Positions 9,461 to 19,341 of a DNA stretch of 19,341 nt are shown piece by piece. The notes below the pieces were generated by a model. It was given only the letters and a program-made list of their open reading frames with translations. It was not told where the DNA came from and made no database searches. The position numbers and the translations under genes are program-made. Source of the DNA: Geosiphon pyriformis uo1 (Eukaryota; Fungi; Glomeromycota); assembly GCA_016748015.1 (NCBI GenBank), contig JAAOMT010000299.1:1171867-1191207 (forward strand). Reading direction: 5' to 3'. Numbering within the stretch: the stretch's first letter is position 1; each line of letters begins with the position of its first letter.

Positions 9461-10077
9461 ATAAACAATTATTTTTTGGATCAAAACATTCAAAATGCTT
9501 TCTATACTCTCTATGAATATTGGATCAAAAACTATCCAAATACTACTTTGACTATTAGAAAACAAACCACCATAACTGATAACAGTGGAACACATACTGT
9601 TATTAAACCAAAAAAAACTACTACCAGAAGAGAAAAAATTGGTAATAAAATAGATAAATATCTGTTGGAAAGTATAACAGCAGCTATACTTTCACCTTCC
9701 AACACAATTGGAAAAACACTCCAAGAAATCTTACCCATAGACAAAAACTTGACATATGAAAGACAATTAGAACTCTATAGTTACTTTGGTGAAATCATAG
9801 AAGATATGAAACTCATGAAAAAAACAATTTCAGAGATACAGACAGAAATTTTGGACATTATATGATTAGATGTCTCAAGAGTTTTAACTATTGCTAAAAG
9901 AGCCAAAACTCTAATACAAAGATTTGGTCTCTTGGATACAAAACTCATTTTGCCTCAAGTGTTATATACCTTATCTACAAAAGACTTCAACAAACTAGTT
10001 AGCTTTGAGTTAGACAAAACCTTTTAAATAGATTACTCCATGAATATCTTGATTTTGCTAGAGCTCAATCTCTTTAG
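9461..10077 (+). pseudogene. Additional ORF of unknown function between integrase and PPT (~200 aa); start uncertain
   Basis: Frame open 9314-9865, then continues past a single TGA (LDVSRVLTIAKRAKTLIQRFGLLDTKLILPQVLYTLSTKDFNKLV). A probable frameshift near 10016 leads to ..EYLDFARAQSL*. No signal peptide or TM helix. ATA at 9461 may be a decayed ATG. Confidence 0.7.
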
Positions 10078-10086
10078 AAAGGATGA
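10076..10086 (+). other. Polypurine tract
   Basis: AGAAAGGATGA directly abuts the 3' LTR start. Confidence 0.8.
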
Positions 10087-10835
10087 TATTATGGTTGAAA
10101 CTTATACTTCTTATTAATTATCACATGTATTAGCCACTGATGTTATATAATTTAGCCATTCTATTATTAGATAATGATCATTGATCTGATTAATGACCTG
10201 ACCATTGACCTGATCATTGACCTAATCATTGACCTAATCAATGACCTGATCATTGACCTGACCATTGACTTAATTATTGACCTAGTTGTTGACTTGATCA
10301 TTGACCACTTTTAACAACTATATAAGCAATAAATTTTTTAGCTGTAGAAAAACATGTTTAAAATAATTAAGAATAAATAAAATAACAACTTTCATCTCAA
10401 TCATTCTCTTATCACTAATTTTCCTTTCTTTACCTTCAAGTATCTGAACATTTTAAAGATAAAAAATTACTTGTTGGCCTTTACCTACTCTTTTCCTGAA
10501 ATATATAAGTATAGCAATTGAAGATTATTGAATAAAACATAACTGAAGAGCACATTTGATACTTGATATTGAATTCTAAGAGTGCTGATGTGAAGCATAG
10601 AATTATACCAAGTGTGATCATTTGTTGACAGTATGGACTATCCCTCTATCTTTAGATTCTCCAGTTATCTTTTGAAAAGTATAGTGACTGAGATATTTTA
10701 TGAGACTGATCTCACACATTAAATCTATACTTATTCAATTCGCTCTTTGAAGTTGAATTCTCTTTGATTATTTCCATTACTCTACAATTTTGTTTTCCCT
10801 TGCTATCTATTAGCTTGTTACTCTAATCTGTAACA
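10087..10835 (+). repeat. 3' LTR (749 bp)
   Basis: Starts tattatggttgaaa (decayed form of tgttacggttgaaa) and ends ctgtaaca. It is 24 bp longer than the 5' LTR, equal to two extra 12-mers. Confidence 0.97.
10175..10306 (+). repeat. Tandem array, 11 x 12 bp (consensus TGATCATTGACC), in the 3' LTR
   Basis: Eleven consecutive 12-mers from tgatcattgatc to tgatcattgacc, read directly. Confidence 0.95.
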
Positions 10836-10839
10836 ATAT

Positions 10840-13800
10840 ATACAAAGTTTCAAAGATAGCTGATTGGTTTTTATCAATATATTTATTGTTTAAAAATTAT
10901 ATTTTGGTTTTTATTTTAAGTTTATATGTTAAAGCTATTCTAGAAAAAAGATTAACTTAGTTCTATAAAGTCAATTAATAATAGTTAAAGTTTTAAATAA
11001 TAGTGCTTTTGGAGTTCTCAGTAGAAATTTCAATAAAAATAATTCTGATTATAATGCAAGTTTCAAGAAATTTTTGGATATGAGTTTATATAACTCTTTT
11101 AGTAATTTTTTATTATACAAATTACCTATATAGTTTAATTCTAAAAAGATTAGTAAATATATAGACTTTATTTTAGTTAGTGACAGTTTTTAGAATTTAT
11201 TATTCAAATGTGTTTTTTAATACTAATTATATGATTATATTGATAGATATTGGCTTAAAAAAACTTTTTAGTTCTTAATTTATCTTAATATGCAAGCAAG
11301 TTGTTTAAAATAAGTGAAAATATAAGATTTGTGGTATTAATAAAAAAATCTAAAAGAAATTTGGAAATCAGTTGTTGATTGCTATTTTAGTTGTTACCAA
11401 TAATTTTGAAGACTGTAAAAAAAAATTAACATTAACAGAATGTAAATACTACTTAGTTAGATGATATATTTTGCCATTAATATTGCTCTTTCAAAAACAT
11501 GATACCAGAATAATAGTGTAATCAAATATGCTGTATCTACTAAGTTTTATAAATTAGAATTACTGATGTTAAAAATTTTAAAGGCATATAAATTAAAAGA
11601 TTTAGAAATAATTCAAACTCTGGTTAATAAGTAGATTAAATTAGATTTTGGCCAAATAGCTGAATTTAAAAATTTTTTTAATAATAATTACAGTAGAGTC
11701 TTAATTAAATAATTATTAGCTTGTTTTAAAAAAGTTTATAAATCTTGTAAGATATTAAAATCTAAAGCTGTTAAGAGTTTTTGTATTAAAACTGGCATTA
11801 TTAGATACATAAAAGCTTTTGCCATTAATAAAAATTAGATAATAAAAAGTGTACAAAAAAAAATTTTTAGAAAGATTATATTAAATTATTTGGTTAATAG
11901 TAGTAATTTGATTTTAAAATCCAGTTTTGTCAAGTATAAAATTAATTTAATTATAGAAAACTGTACAAAAAAACGTGCTATTAAAAATGTTCTTTCTTTT
12001 AATTAGTAAAAACAATTCATGTTTTTTGATTATATCAAAAATAAAGCATTTTTAGGTATTATAAAGCATATTGGTTTTAATGAATTTTTTTTGATGGTTA
12101 AGAATCTTTCTAATAGTAAAGCTAATAAACTATTTAGTATTTTTAATGAAATGTAAAAGCATTATAATAGACATATTTTGGATCATTTTTTGTGTTTATT
12201 TAATTTGTGTTTAGTAACAAAATTGGTTTTTAATGCTTAAAAAGAAACCTAAGTATTGATGATTCTAAAGTCTTATAAATAGAAAAATGTTTTGACAAAT
12301 ACCAGACCAATTGTTTTTATTGAAACTACAAAAAAAATTCTGTTTAATTAAATATTCAAGATTTGTAGTAAGTACAATATTCTATATGAAAACAATTTTT
12401 TGGTTTTAAAAAACACTTTAATTTAGTTTTCTATCTTTGTTATTAGATTTTTTATTAAAGACACTTTAAAAAAAATCAATATATGTAACAGATTTATTAG
12501 GTTTTTTGGTTATATTTACAATGATCATAAAAATAAGACAATAACATACTTTAGTTTATCTAATAGTTATGGAATTTATAATAAGCTAAATCAAAATAAA
12601 GTTTTTTTACTTCTTTTTTGAAAAATTTTTATGACTTTTTTTTATGTAAAGTAAAAAGCACAATTTATTTTTTAAGTACTATATAAATTCTAAATTTGTT
12701 ACTAGAACTGACACAATTAAATTTAATACATATTTAATCTTTTATTTGGTTACTAACACTTTTGTAGATAACATAATTTAAATTGATAACTATTATACAG
12801 TAATGCAAAAAATTTTGAGCATTATTAACAAGTTTTTTGATATTATGAATATTTTAATAAATATAAACAAAACAATTGCCATTTTAATAAATTCAAGATC
12901 TAATAGTATTTCTTTAAATATAAGTAAGTCTTCTGTTTTAATTATAAAAGCTAAAATTCAAGACTAATTTGCTAAATAACTTTTCTAATAAGATTGTGTA
13001 CTATCTATTTTGTACAATTTAAAGCTTTTTAATCAAGTTCAAATAGAAAAAAAGATGACATTAGTTTTGAATTTTGTTAATACTAGTGGTATTTTTGGTT
13101 GGCTTTTTAGATATAGGTTGCTAGATTTATAAGTATTAGAATAGATTTTTTAGAACTTACTTTAGTTTTTGTTAAGTTAAAAGTTAATTTAATAAACAAT
13201 TTTTTGATTAGTATTACTCAAATTTTTTTGCATAATAATAGTTTTTTGGCCAATAATTTGTTTAATGCTTTTTGTCTTAAAAATAGAATTTTTGCTATAA
13301 GTATTTTGAAACAAATAGAATATTTTTGAGTTTATAAGTCTTTTAAGTATTTTGGCATAATTTTTGTAAACCAGTTTTTAAGCAGTTATGGAAAATGCTT
13401 TTCTTGGAAAAATTTTTGTTGTTAAAGCAGTTGAATCTTAAAAGTTCGATTTTTTTTTAGTTTATACAGATTTCAGAATTTGTTAAGAACAATAATCTGG
13501 CTTGTGATTTTCTGTTTGCTTTTAGACATTGTTTCGAAATAAGTATATCTAATATAGTAATTTTAGTGTTGTCTGTTCTAATTTAAAAGATATTTTTTTG
13601 TCTGAAATCTCAATTTAAATTAATAATTCTATTAAAAACTTTAGCTTTTTTAATATAATTAATAATACTATTGCTTATTTTTTTGATTTGAGTTTAAGCA
13701 TAGAAATAGAGATCTATGATTTGTTTTCTTTGATTTTGGTTAAAATGTAAATTATTGTTTTGGCTCTTGAATGTGTTTTGGTTTCTTTTAATATTATAAT

Positions 13801-14896
13801 TTTTTCTAATAGTTAAGCTTCTATAAATATGTGTTAAAATAAATTGAAATTAAAAATACTTAATTTTCATAATAGGTGTTAGATTAAACATCATTACATT
13901 AATAATTTAGTTAAAAATAAAAGCATTTTTGTAAATTAAACCAAGATAAAAAGCTATTTTACAATAGTAGACAATAAGCATACTAATAGATTGGCAAATT
14001 AGACTCCTTTTTTAAAGCTTGTTTTTTCAGTAAATATTAAGAAAAAGTTTTTGTTGGCTGATAACAAGATGGTATCTGACAATGTTTAACATTTTATTAA
14101 GATGATATATAATACTATAAAACGTTTTTAATAAGAAGTTAGACCTGGTTTTAATATAATAAATTTCTTATGTATTAATAATATTAATTAGAAACTTATT
14201 GCTTTAGTTTGACATTTTGATTCTTACAAAATTGTTAGATACACAAGCAAATAAAATGTTAATTTGTGTATATACTTAATAAAAACACTACATAAAAGAT
14301 TGCTTATAGCTGTTAAGAAGTATTTATATAACTATAATTATTTAAACATGTTGTATATATGCTATAATAAAATAAAGTTCTTAAATCATAGTTTTGTTTA
14401 CATTTTAAATTTGTTTATTCATCAGAAATTATTAAATAAATGTTTTTTTATGTAAAAGTTTTTAATTAATACAATTTTGGTTTTGTTTGCAGTTCTTTAA
14501 TTATTGGTTTTATGTGTTTTTAATATAAATTTTGTATACAGTTTTGTACAAGAAATTTGTGTTTGAGAATTAATTGGAAAAACCAAAACTTTTTTCAGAA
14601 ATGCTAATTTAATCACAGCTAAATTGATTAAGTTTGTTCAAAACTTGGTGGTTGGTTATAAAAAATGAATTTAAGTGTTTAATTTGAAACTTCAAATAAA
14701 CATAAATTATAAAATTTTGTTAAGTAAAAATAACTTTTTGTTTGATATTGTTTACAGTCTTTTTGCTAAAATTTTTGGTAATATTACTTGGTTGTTGAAG
14801 ATTAAAAAGAGTTATGCTGTTAGTTTTGGTTTAAAAATAAGTTATTTGTTTTTTGTTGGTGCAAATAAGGAAGTTCTTATTAATATAATTATATAA
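10840..14896 (+). pseudogene. LINE ORF2 remnant: APE (rest), RT, RNase H-like, C-terminal Cys/His region
   Basis: VLSRNFN (GDFN, ~11015); KYIDFILVS (~11155); VLMILKS..VLTNTRPIVFIET (~12250-12330); LNQNKVFLLLF (QG..SPLL, ~12590); FVDNII (FVDD, ~12761); RNase H-like ..IIVLALECV, FSNS*AS, KIKSYF..VDNKHTN (13700-13990); ends TAA 14896. Many stops, frameshifts and deletions. Confidence 0.85.
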
Positions 14897-14949
14897 TATA
14901 GTCTTAATTGGCTGAATAATTGGTTACATATAACAAGTATGTAAATTAT

Positions 14950-16560
14950 ATTTAATTTAAAGCAAACTAAAATTTACAAAGTTTGACAATATAATAATTT
15001 TTTAATTTTAAATAAAATAAACTTAACAATATATTTATAACAAATATGATTTTAATATTATTAAAGCATAATTATATTTTTAATAATAATAAAATCTTAA
15101 TATTAGGTTTCAAATATATTGTTTTAGTAATTTTAGAAATTAGAAGTTTAAAATTATAATATTATTAACAAATCTTAAAATCATAACTTTTTAAAAACAA
15201 TCTTAGTTAATAAATATATTAATAATCAAATAATACTTTATATTTAATCTAAGTTTTTAGTTTTTTTGTGTTTAAAAAAATTTTCAAATAAATTACTGTC
15301 TTAAATAAAGTAATATTCTTAAATTAATTCTATTTAATATTATTTAAATTTTTAAAATTGTATTTTTAACACTTTTTATTAATTTATTTTTACAGAAAAG
15401 TTAATTAAAACATCCAAAAATTTATTTAATTCTATACAAATAAATACAGTTTTGTAATTAATATCAAAAAAATTACTTATATTATAAACTTTTTTTTAAT
15501 TACAATATTTATATAATTAATTATTTTTATTATTATTTTTAAATTGCTTTATATAGTAGCTTTAGTTATAAAATAATTTATTAAAAATTTACTAAACTGA
15601 GATTTAAACACTTTTTAAAACTAATACTTTTTTTAAAACTATCTTTATTACAAAAAAAATTAATTTTATTAGCTTGATTTAAACATATAATTAATAAAAC
15701 ATTAAAATAAAAATCCAAAATCAAAACTAATTTTTTTTTTAAATAATAGCCTAATTAACGAAAAATAACCAGTTATCTTAGATATTTTGTAAATATATTA
15801 AGCCAAATTATTATTTTAATAATTATAATACTAAATTTTAAATAATTAGATTCCAAACCAGAAGTAAAAATTTATATATTAATAAACTTATTTTTAATTT
15901 TAAAATCTAATTCAATTTTTTATTATTGACTTAATAATAATAAAAACCATATTGTTTATTTTTTGTGTTATTTTATAATATCTTTTTGCATGGCAAAATT
16001 GTTTATTTTTTTATATTATATATAACAATTTTTTATACTGACTTATTTATTTAAAAAACAATATAATAGTTTTATTCTTAAAAAATAATTTACTAAATCT
16101 TAATAAAATTATAATAACAAAGCCAAAAAGTGTTAACATATTTGTTTTTAAGTTATTTAATTAAAAAATAACAATAGCAAAAAATAAATATAAGCAAATA
16201 ATACATTAATGGTTTTTTTAAAAAAACATTCAAATTTATATTAATATTTACAATTAATATTTTAATAAATATAGTTTTAAAAAAAAATTATTAAGAAAAA
16301 AAATAGAATTCAATTTTAATTTCAAAAAAATTTGGTTAAAAAAAATCTTTAAATTGTGTTTTAATTTGTTCAAATAAAAAAGCACTATTTATATTATATT
16401 TTAGTTATTTGAATAATAATAAAAATAATAACTTGGTTTTCAACTTTTAAATAAAACAAAAATTATATTAAAATTGTTTTAAGTAGGTTTTTTTGAAAAA
16501 ACTTTTAATTAAAAATAAAAATAGTTTTAAATTAACAAAAAACTGGTTTATTATTATTTA
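14950..16560 (-). mobile_element. Second, highly decayed LINE fragment (ORF1 end / APE start) on the minus strand; boundaries approximate
   Basis: The reverse complement of 15720-16030 reads INNFAMQKDII..IFTSGLESNYL..NNLA*YIYKISKITG..RLLFK, collinear with 2810-3032 + 10840-10900. 15975-16270 matches 18290-18574 in inverted orientation. Confidence 0.7.
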
Positions 16561-16599
16561 TTTAAAAAAAGTGTTTTATAAAATATTATTAAACAGTTT

Positions 16600-16900
16600 T
16601 AATAATTCTACATATTTTATTGATAAAAATACTATTAATTATTTTATAAAGTATTAATATTAATAAATTAGAATATTAAAATACAAAATTGTAAATAAAA
16701 TATATATATATATATTAATATTGAATTATATAATAAAATAAAATAAATTGTTTTTTATATGTATATTGCAAATTTACTTTTTTTATTTAAAATATATTAC
16801 AAAATTAATATTAGAAATTTTATTAAATACTTATAACAAATTATTAAAAATAAAAATTAATAATTAATAATTAATAATTAATAAATAAAATAAAATTTTT
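16600..16900. repeat. Low-complexity, nearly pure A/T tract with (TA)n near 16700-16714 and (TAATTAA)n near 16854-16883
   Basis: Read directly from the sequence. Confidence 0.7.
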
Positions 16901-16949
16901 GTTTTTTTGTTATATTTTTGGTTATTTAAAAATTGATAGTTATTATTAG

Positions 16950-18574
16950 CAATAATATAACACAAAAAAAATTATTTTTGGTTTATTAGTAATAATTTTA
17001 AAAAAAATAATTTTTTCTTAAAAAATTGGTTTTTAAATAAACTTTTAAAAGTTTTTAATAAATATAAAAACAAATAATATTATAAAATATAAAATGTTTA
17101 AATTTTAAAAAAATATATTTTTTTTCTTATATTTTTTATTATTTTATAAGAAATAAATTCTTTTATTTTGAAATTAACAGTTATTATTAGTAATAGTATG
17201 ATTAAAAAAAGTTGGCAAGAAGTTTTCTTATAATTTTATAAGTAATATACTTAGACAAAGGCAAAAAACTTTAATTATCAATATTAAATATTTAAGTAAT
17301 AAATTTAATATAAATTTAACTAGGATTTTAAATAGTTTTTAACATAAAAGTTAATGTAAACAAAAAAATAAGCAATTTTTTATTAATTAAAATAGTTATA
17401 ATATTAATAGTAAAAAAAATATTTATAAAACAAAATAAATTAATATTGATAAAGTAAATAGTTTTTTTTTAAATCTCTGAATTTAACATAAAAAAAATAA
17501 CATTTTTTTTCTATTGTATTATTAATTTGAACAAAATTTGAATTAATTCCAAGATTATTAAAAAAAAAGTGCAAATACTTGTTAAAAAATTTTATGTATT
17601 AAATATTTATTTTTTAACAAATAAAAAAAAGAGTATTATAATAAAAATACAGTTATTAAAAAACTTATTATTTTATCAAAATTTGTAAAAATTGTTATAT
17701 TTATATTTATTACTAAGAAAAACATAAATCAAGCTATAATATTAACTAATAAAAAAACAATCTATTTAAATAATATTTTTAAAAAACAAAAAATTTATTT
17801 AAATTAAACTGTAATAATCAAAAAATTTTTTATAAATATACCAAAAAAAGCAATTAATTTAGCTTGTTTATATTTAAACCAATAATATTAATTTAATTAA
17901 AACTTATTAAATTATAATAAAAAATTATAGTAAAATTTGCCAAATTAAATTAAATTAATTTGTTAATTTTTAAATAGTTTATTTTAATTAATAAAAATTC
18001 TGTATATATAGCCAAGGCTAATCTAGATTAAACAGCATAATTGTTAAAAAATTGTTATAAAACACTATTATTTACTTTACTTATAAACACAATTACATAT
18101 AATTTTGGTATTTTTTTAAAAAAAACTGGTAAAACAACATGTATTATTTAAAATTTAATATATAACAGTTTGTTTTGACTTTAAAAAAACTTTAAAACAG
18201 ATTTATTATATTATTTTGTATTTAATAAAGTTAATTTTTCTTGGATTAGACTTAATTAATTTGTTATAAAAACTATAAAAAGTTTTGTTACTAGTTGCTA
18301 ATATTAATATAAATTTGAATGTTTTTTTAAAAAAAAGTATTAGTGTATTATTTGTTAATATATATTTTTTTGCTGCTATTATTTATAAATTAAGCAGCTT
18401 AAAAGCAAATATGTTAATACTTTTTGGCTTTGTTGTTATAATTTTATTAAGACTTAATAAATTGTTTTCTAAAAATAAGATTATTGTATTATTTTTTAAA
18501 TAAATAAATTAGTCTGAAAAATTGTTATGTGTAATATAAAAAAATAAACAATCTTACTAAGCAAAAAATATCAT
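16950..18574 (+). mobile_element. Third decayed LINE fragment (ORF1 and the first codons of ORF2), truncated at ~18574; left boundary approximate
   Basis: 17600-18200 is similar to 40-660. 18520-18574 (aataaacaatcttactaagcaaaaaatat) matches 2817-2846 (aatgaacaatcttactaaacaaaaaaatat). Confidence 0.7.
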
Positions 18575-19341
18575 ATTTAATCAGTTTTTTGGTAGAAAAT
18601 AGCAATCAACTTTGAATAATCTATATTCATTTAAAAAAAATATTCAAATATGTTAAGAGATTATGCCCACACTTAGTTTAAAGCATTATATTACAATTTA
18701 TATTATAAAAGTCAAGCATCATTAATAATACTTTAATGTTGTTGTCAATCCATAAATTTGCAAATCAGCAAACAATTGATGTCAAGTATTTGCTTTTTCA
18801 ATAATGATATTATTGTAAAAACAGACCATGCTAATGATATTCTTTATATTATCTTCATCTTGCTTTTTTCTAGAAGTCTTAGGTCTTGCTTTTTTACCAC
18901 AAATCAGAAGATAATTTGTAACATTGTTTATATAGCCTATTCTATCTGCACAAATACATAATTTTTCTGTTTGTAAATGAATTTCACCACTATAGAAATC
19001 ATATAAACACATTGATTATTATGACCAGAAATGCTTTTTACAATATTAAAAATTAAATCAGTAAAACTACTAAACATAGTTTCTTCTCCCAAATATCTAA
19101 AGTGCTGTATTGATCATTAGATACACAAATCGATTTAGATAAGGTTTCTCTAATGTTTTAAGGTTGTGCAAATAATTAAGAGCATTTAATCAAAATGCCT
19201 TGAAACTAGATACAATTAATAATAAATCAATAAGTATTCATTAAGAACTTAATGTACTGTCATCTATATCTCTTTCAGTGAAAAAACTCTCAAAAAATTC
19301 AAATAATACTGGTTTTATGTAAATATTGTTGAAGAATTGCT
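18575..19341 (-). pseudogene. Decayed intron-containing gene, possibly a PD-(D/E)xK restriction-endonuclease-fold (Crinkler-type C-terminal) protein; runs off the window
   Basis: One minus-strand frame reads LEKPYLNRFVYLMINTAL*IFGRRNYV, an 81-bp GT..AG gap (19070-18990), then YGEIHLQ..CADRIGY..LICGKKARP..KQDED..LQIYGL. The family assignment is motif recognition only. Confidence 0.4.

Larger units (their letters stand above)
3033..10835 (+). mobile_element. Full-length Ty3/gypsy-type LTR retrotransposon (7803 bp), inactive
   Basis: Two LTRs with TG...CA ends; ATAT at 3029-3032 and 10836-10839; PBS; PPT; domain order gag-PR-RT-RH-INT. Confidence 0.97.
1..14896 (+). mobile_element. Degenerate LINE (non-LTR retrotransposon), interrupted by a Tc1 element (756-2107) and an LTR element (3033-10835); 5' end lies outside the window
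   Basis: Decayed but ordered domains: ORF1-like region, APE endonuclease, RT, RNase H-like and C-terminal Cys/His region. The reading frame rejoins across the LTR insertion once one ATAT copy is removed. Homologous segments recur at 15700-16270 (-) and 17600-18574 (+). Confidence 0.85.

Noticed and set aside
971-9744. Short minus-strand and off-frame ORFs (971-1186, 4407-4625, 4738-4929, 5439-5654, 6563-6763, 6944-7126, 7178-7366, 7270-7455, 8003-8209, 9532-9744)
   Set aside because: They are shadows of transposase, gag, pol or the extra ORF, with no independent motifs.
9314-10077. Retroviral-type env gene
   Set aside because: No signal peptide, furin-site/fusion-peptide pattern or C-terminal transmembrane helix is visible.
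14950-18500. Organellar insertion or AT-rich endosymbiont DNA
   Set aside because: The tract aligns with the LINE copies in this same window, and no tRNA, rRNA or organellar gene remnants were seen.
14264-18961. ORFs 14264-14455, 14675-14896, 18285-18503 and 18758-18961 as small genes
   Set aside because: The first three are open remnants of decayed LINE coding sequence, with I/L/K/N/F bias from AT drift. The last is antisense to the minus-strand pseudogene.

Overview
Extremely AT-rich, CpG-depleted eukaryotic repeat DNA with no intact host gene. The element families resemble those of Glomeromycota/Mucoromycota fungi; this is inferred from protein motifs and not verified. The window is a nest of dead transposons. 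An old LINE (ORF1 plus APE-RT-RNaseH-CCHC ORF2, ~1-14896, +) has been invaded twice. One invader is a complete Tc1 DD34E DNA transposon (756-2107; 29-bp TIRs, TA duplication). The other is a complete 7.8-kb Ty3/gypsy-type LTR retrotransposon (3033-10835; 725/749-bp LTRs, 4-bp ATAT duplication). Two more decayed LINE fragments in opposite orientation and an intron-containing nuclease-like pseudogene fill the right end. The LTR element is the most interesting object. Gag has an extra ~156-aa N-terminal domain with an H-x3-H..C-x2-C motif. A UUUAAAC slippery site plus predicted pseudoknot gives a -1 frameshift into pol, and a Cys-rich insert lies between protease and RT. Pol stops after RNase H, and integrase sits in its own ATG-initiated ORF. 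A non-env accessory ORF lies before the PPT. The LTRs carry a variable-copy 12-bp TTGACC array and a structured ~200-nt segment. The two LTRs differ almost only by C/T and G/A transitions (about 66 of 67 by hand count), a RIP-like or methylation-driven hypermutation signature.
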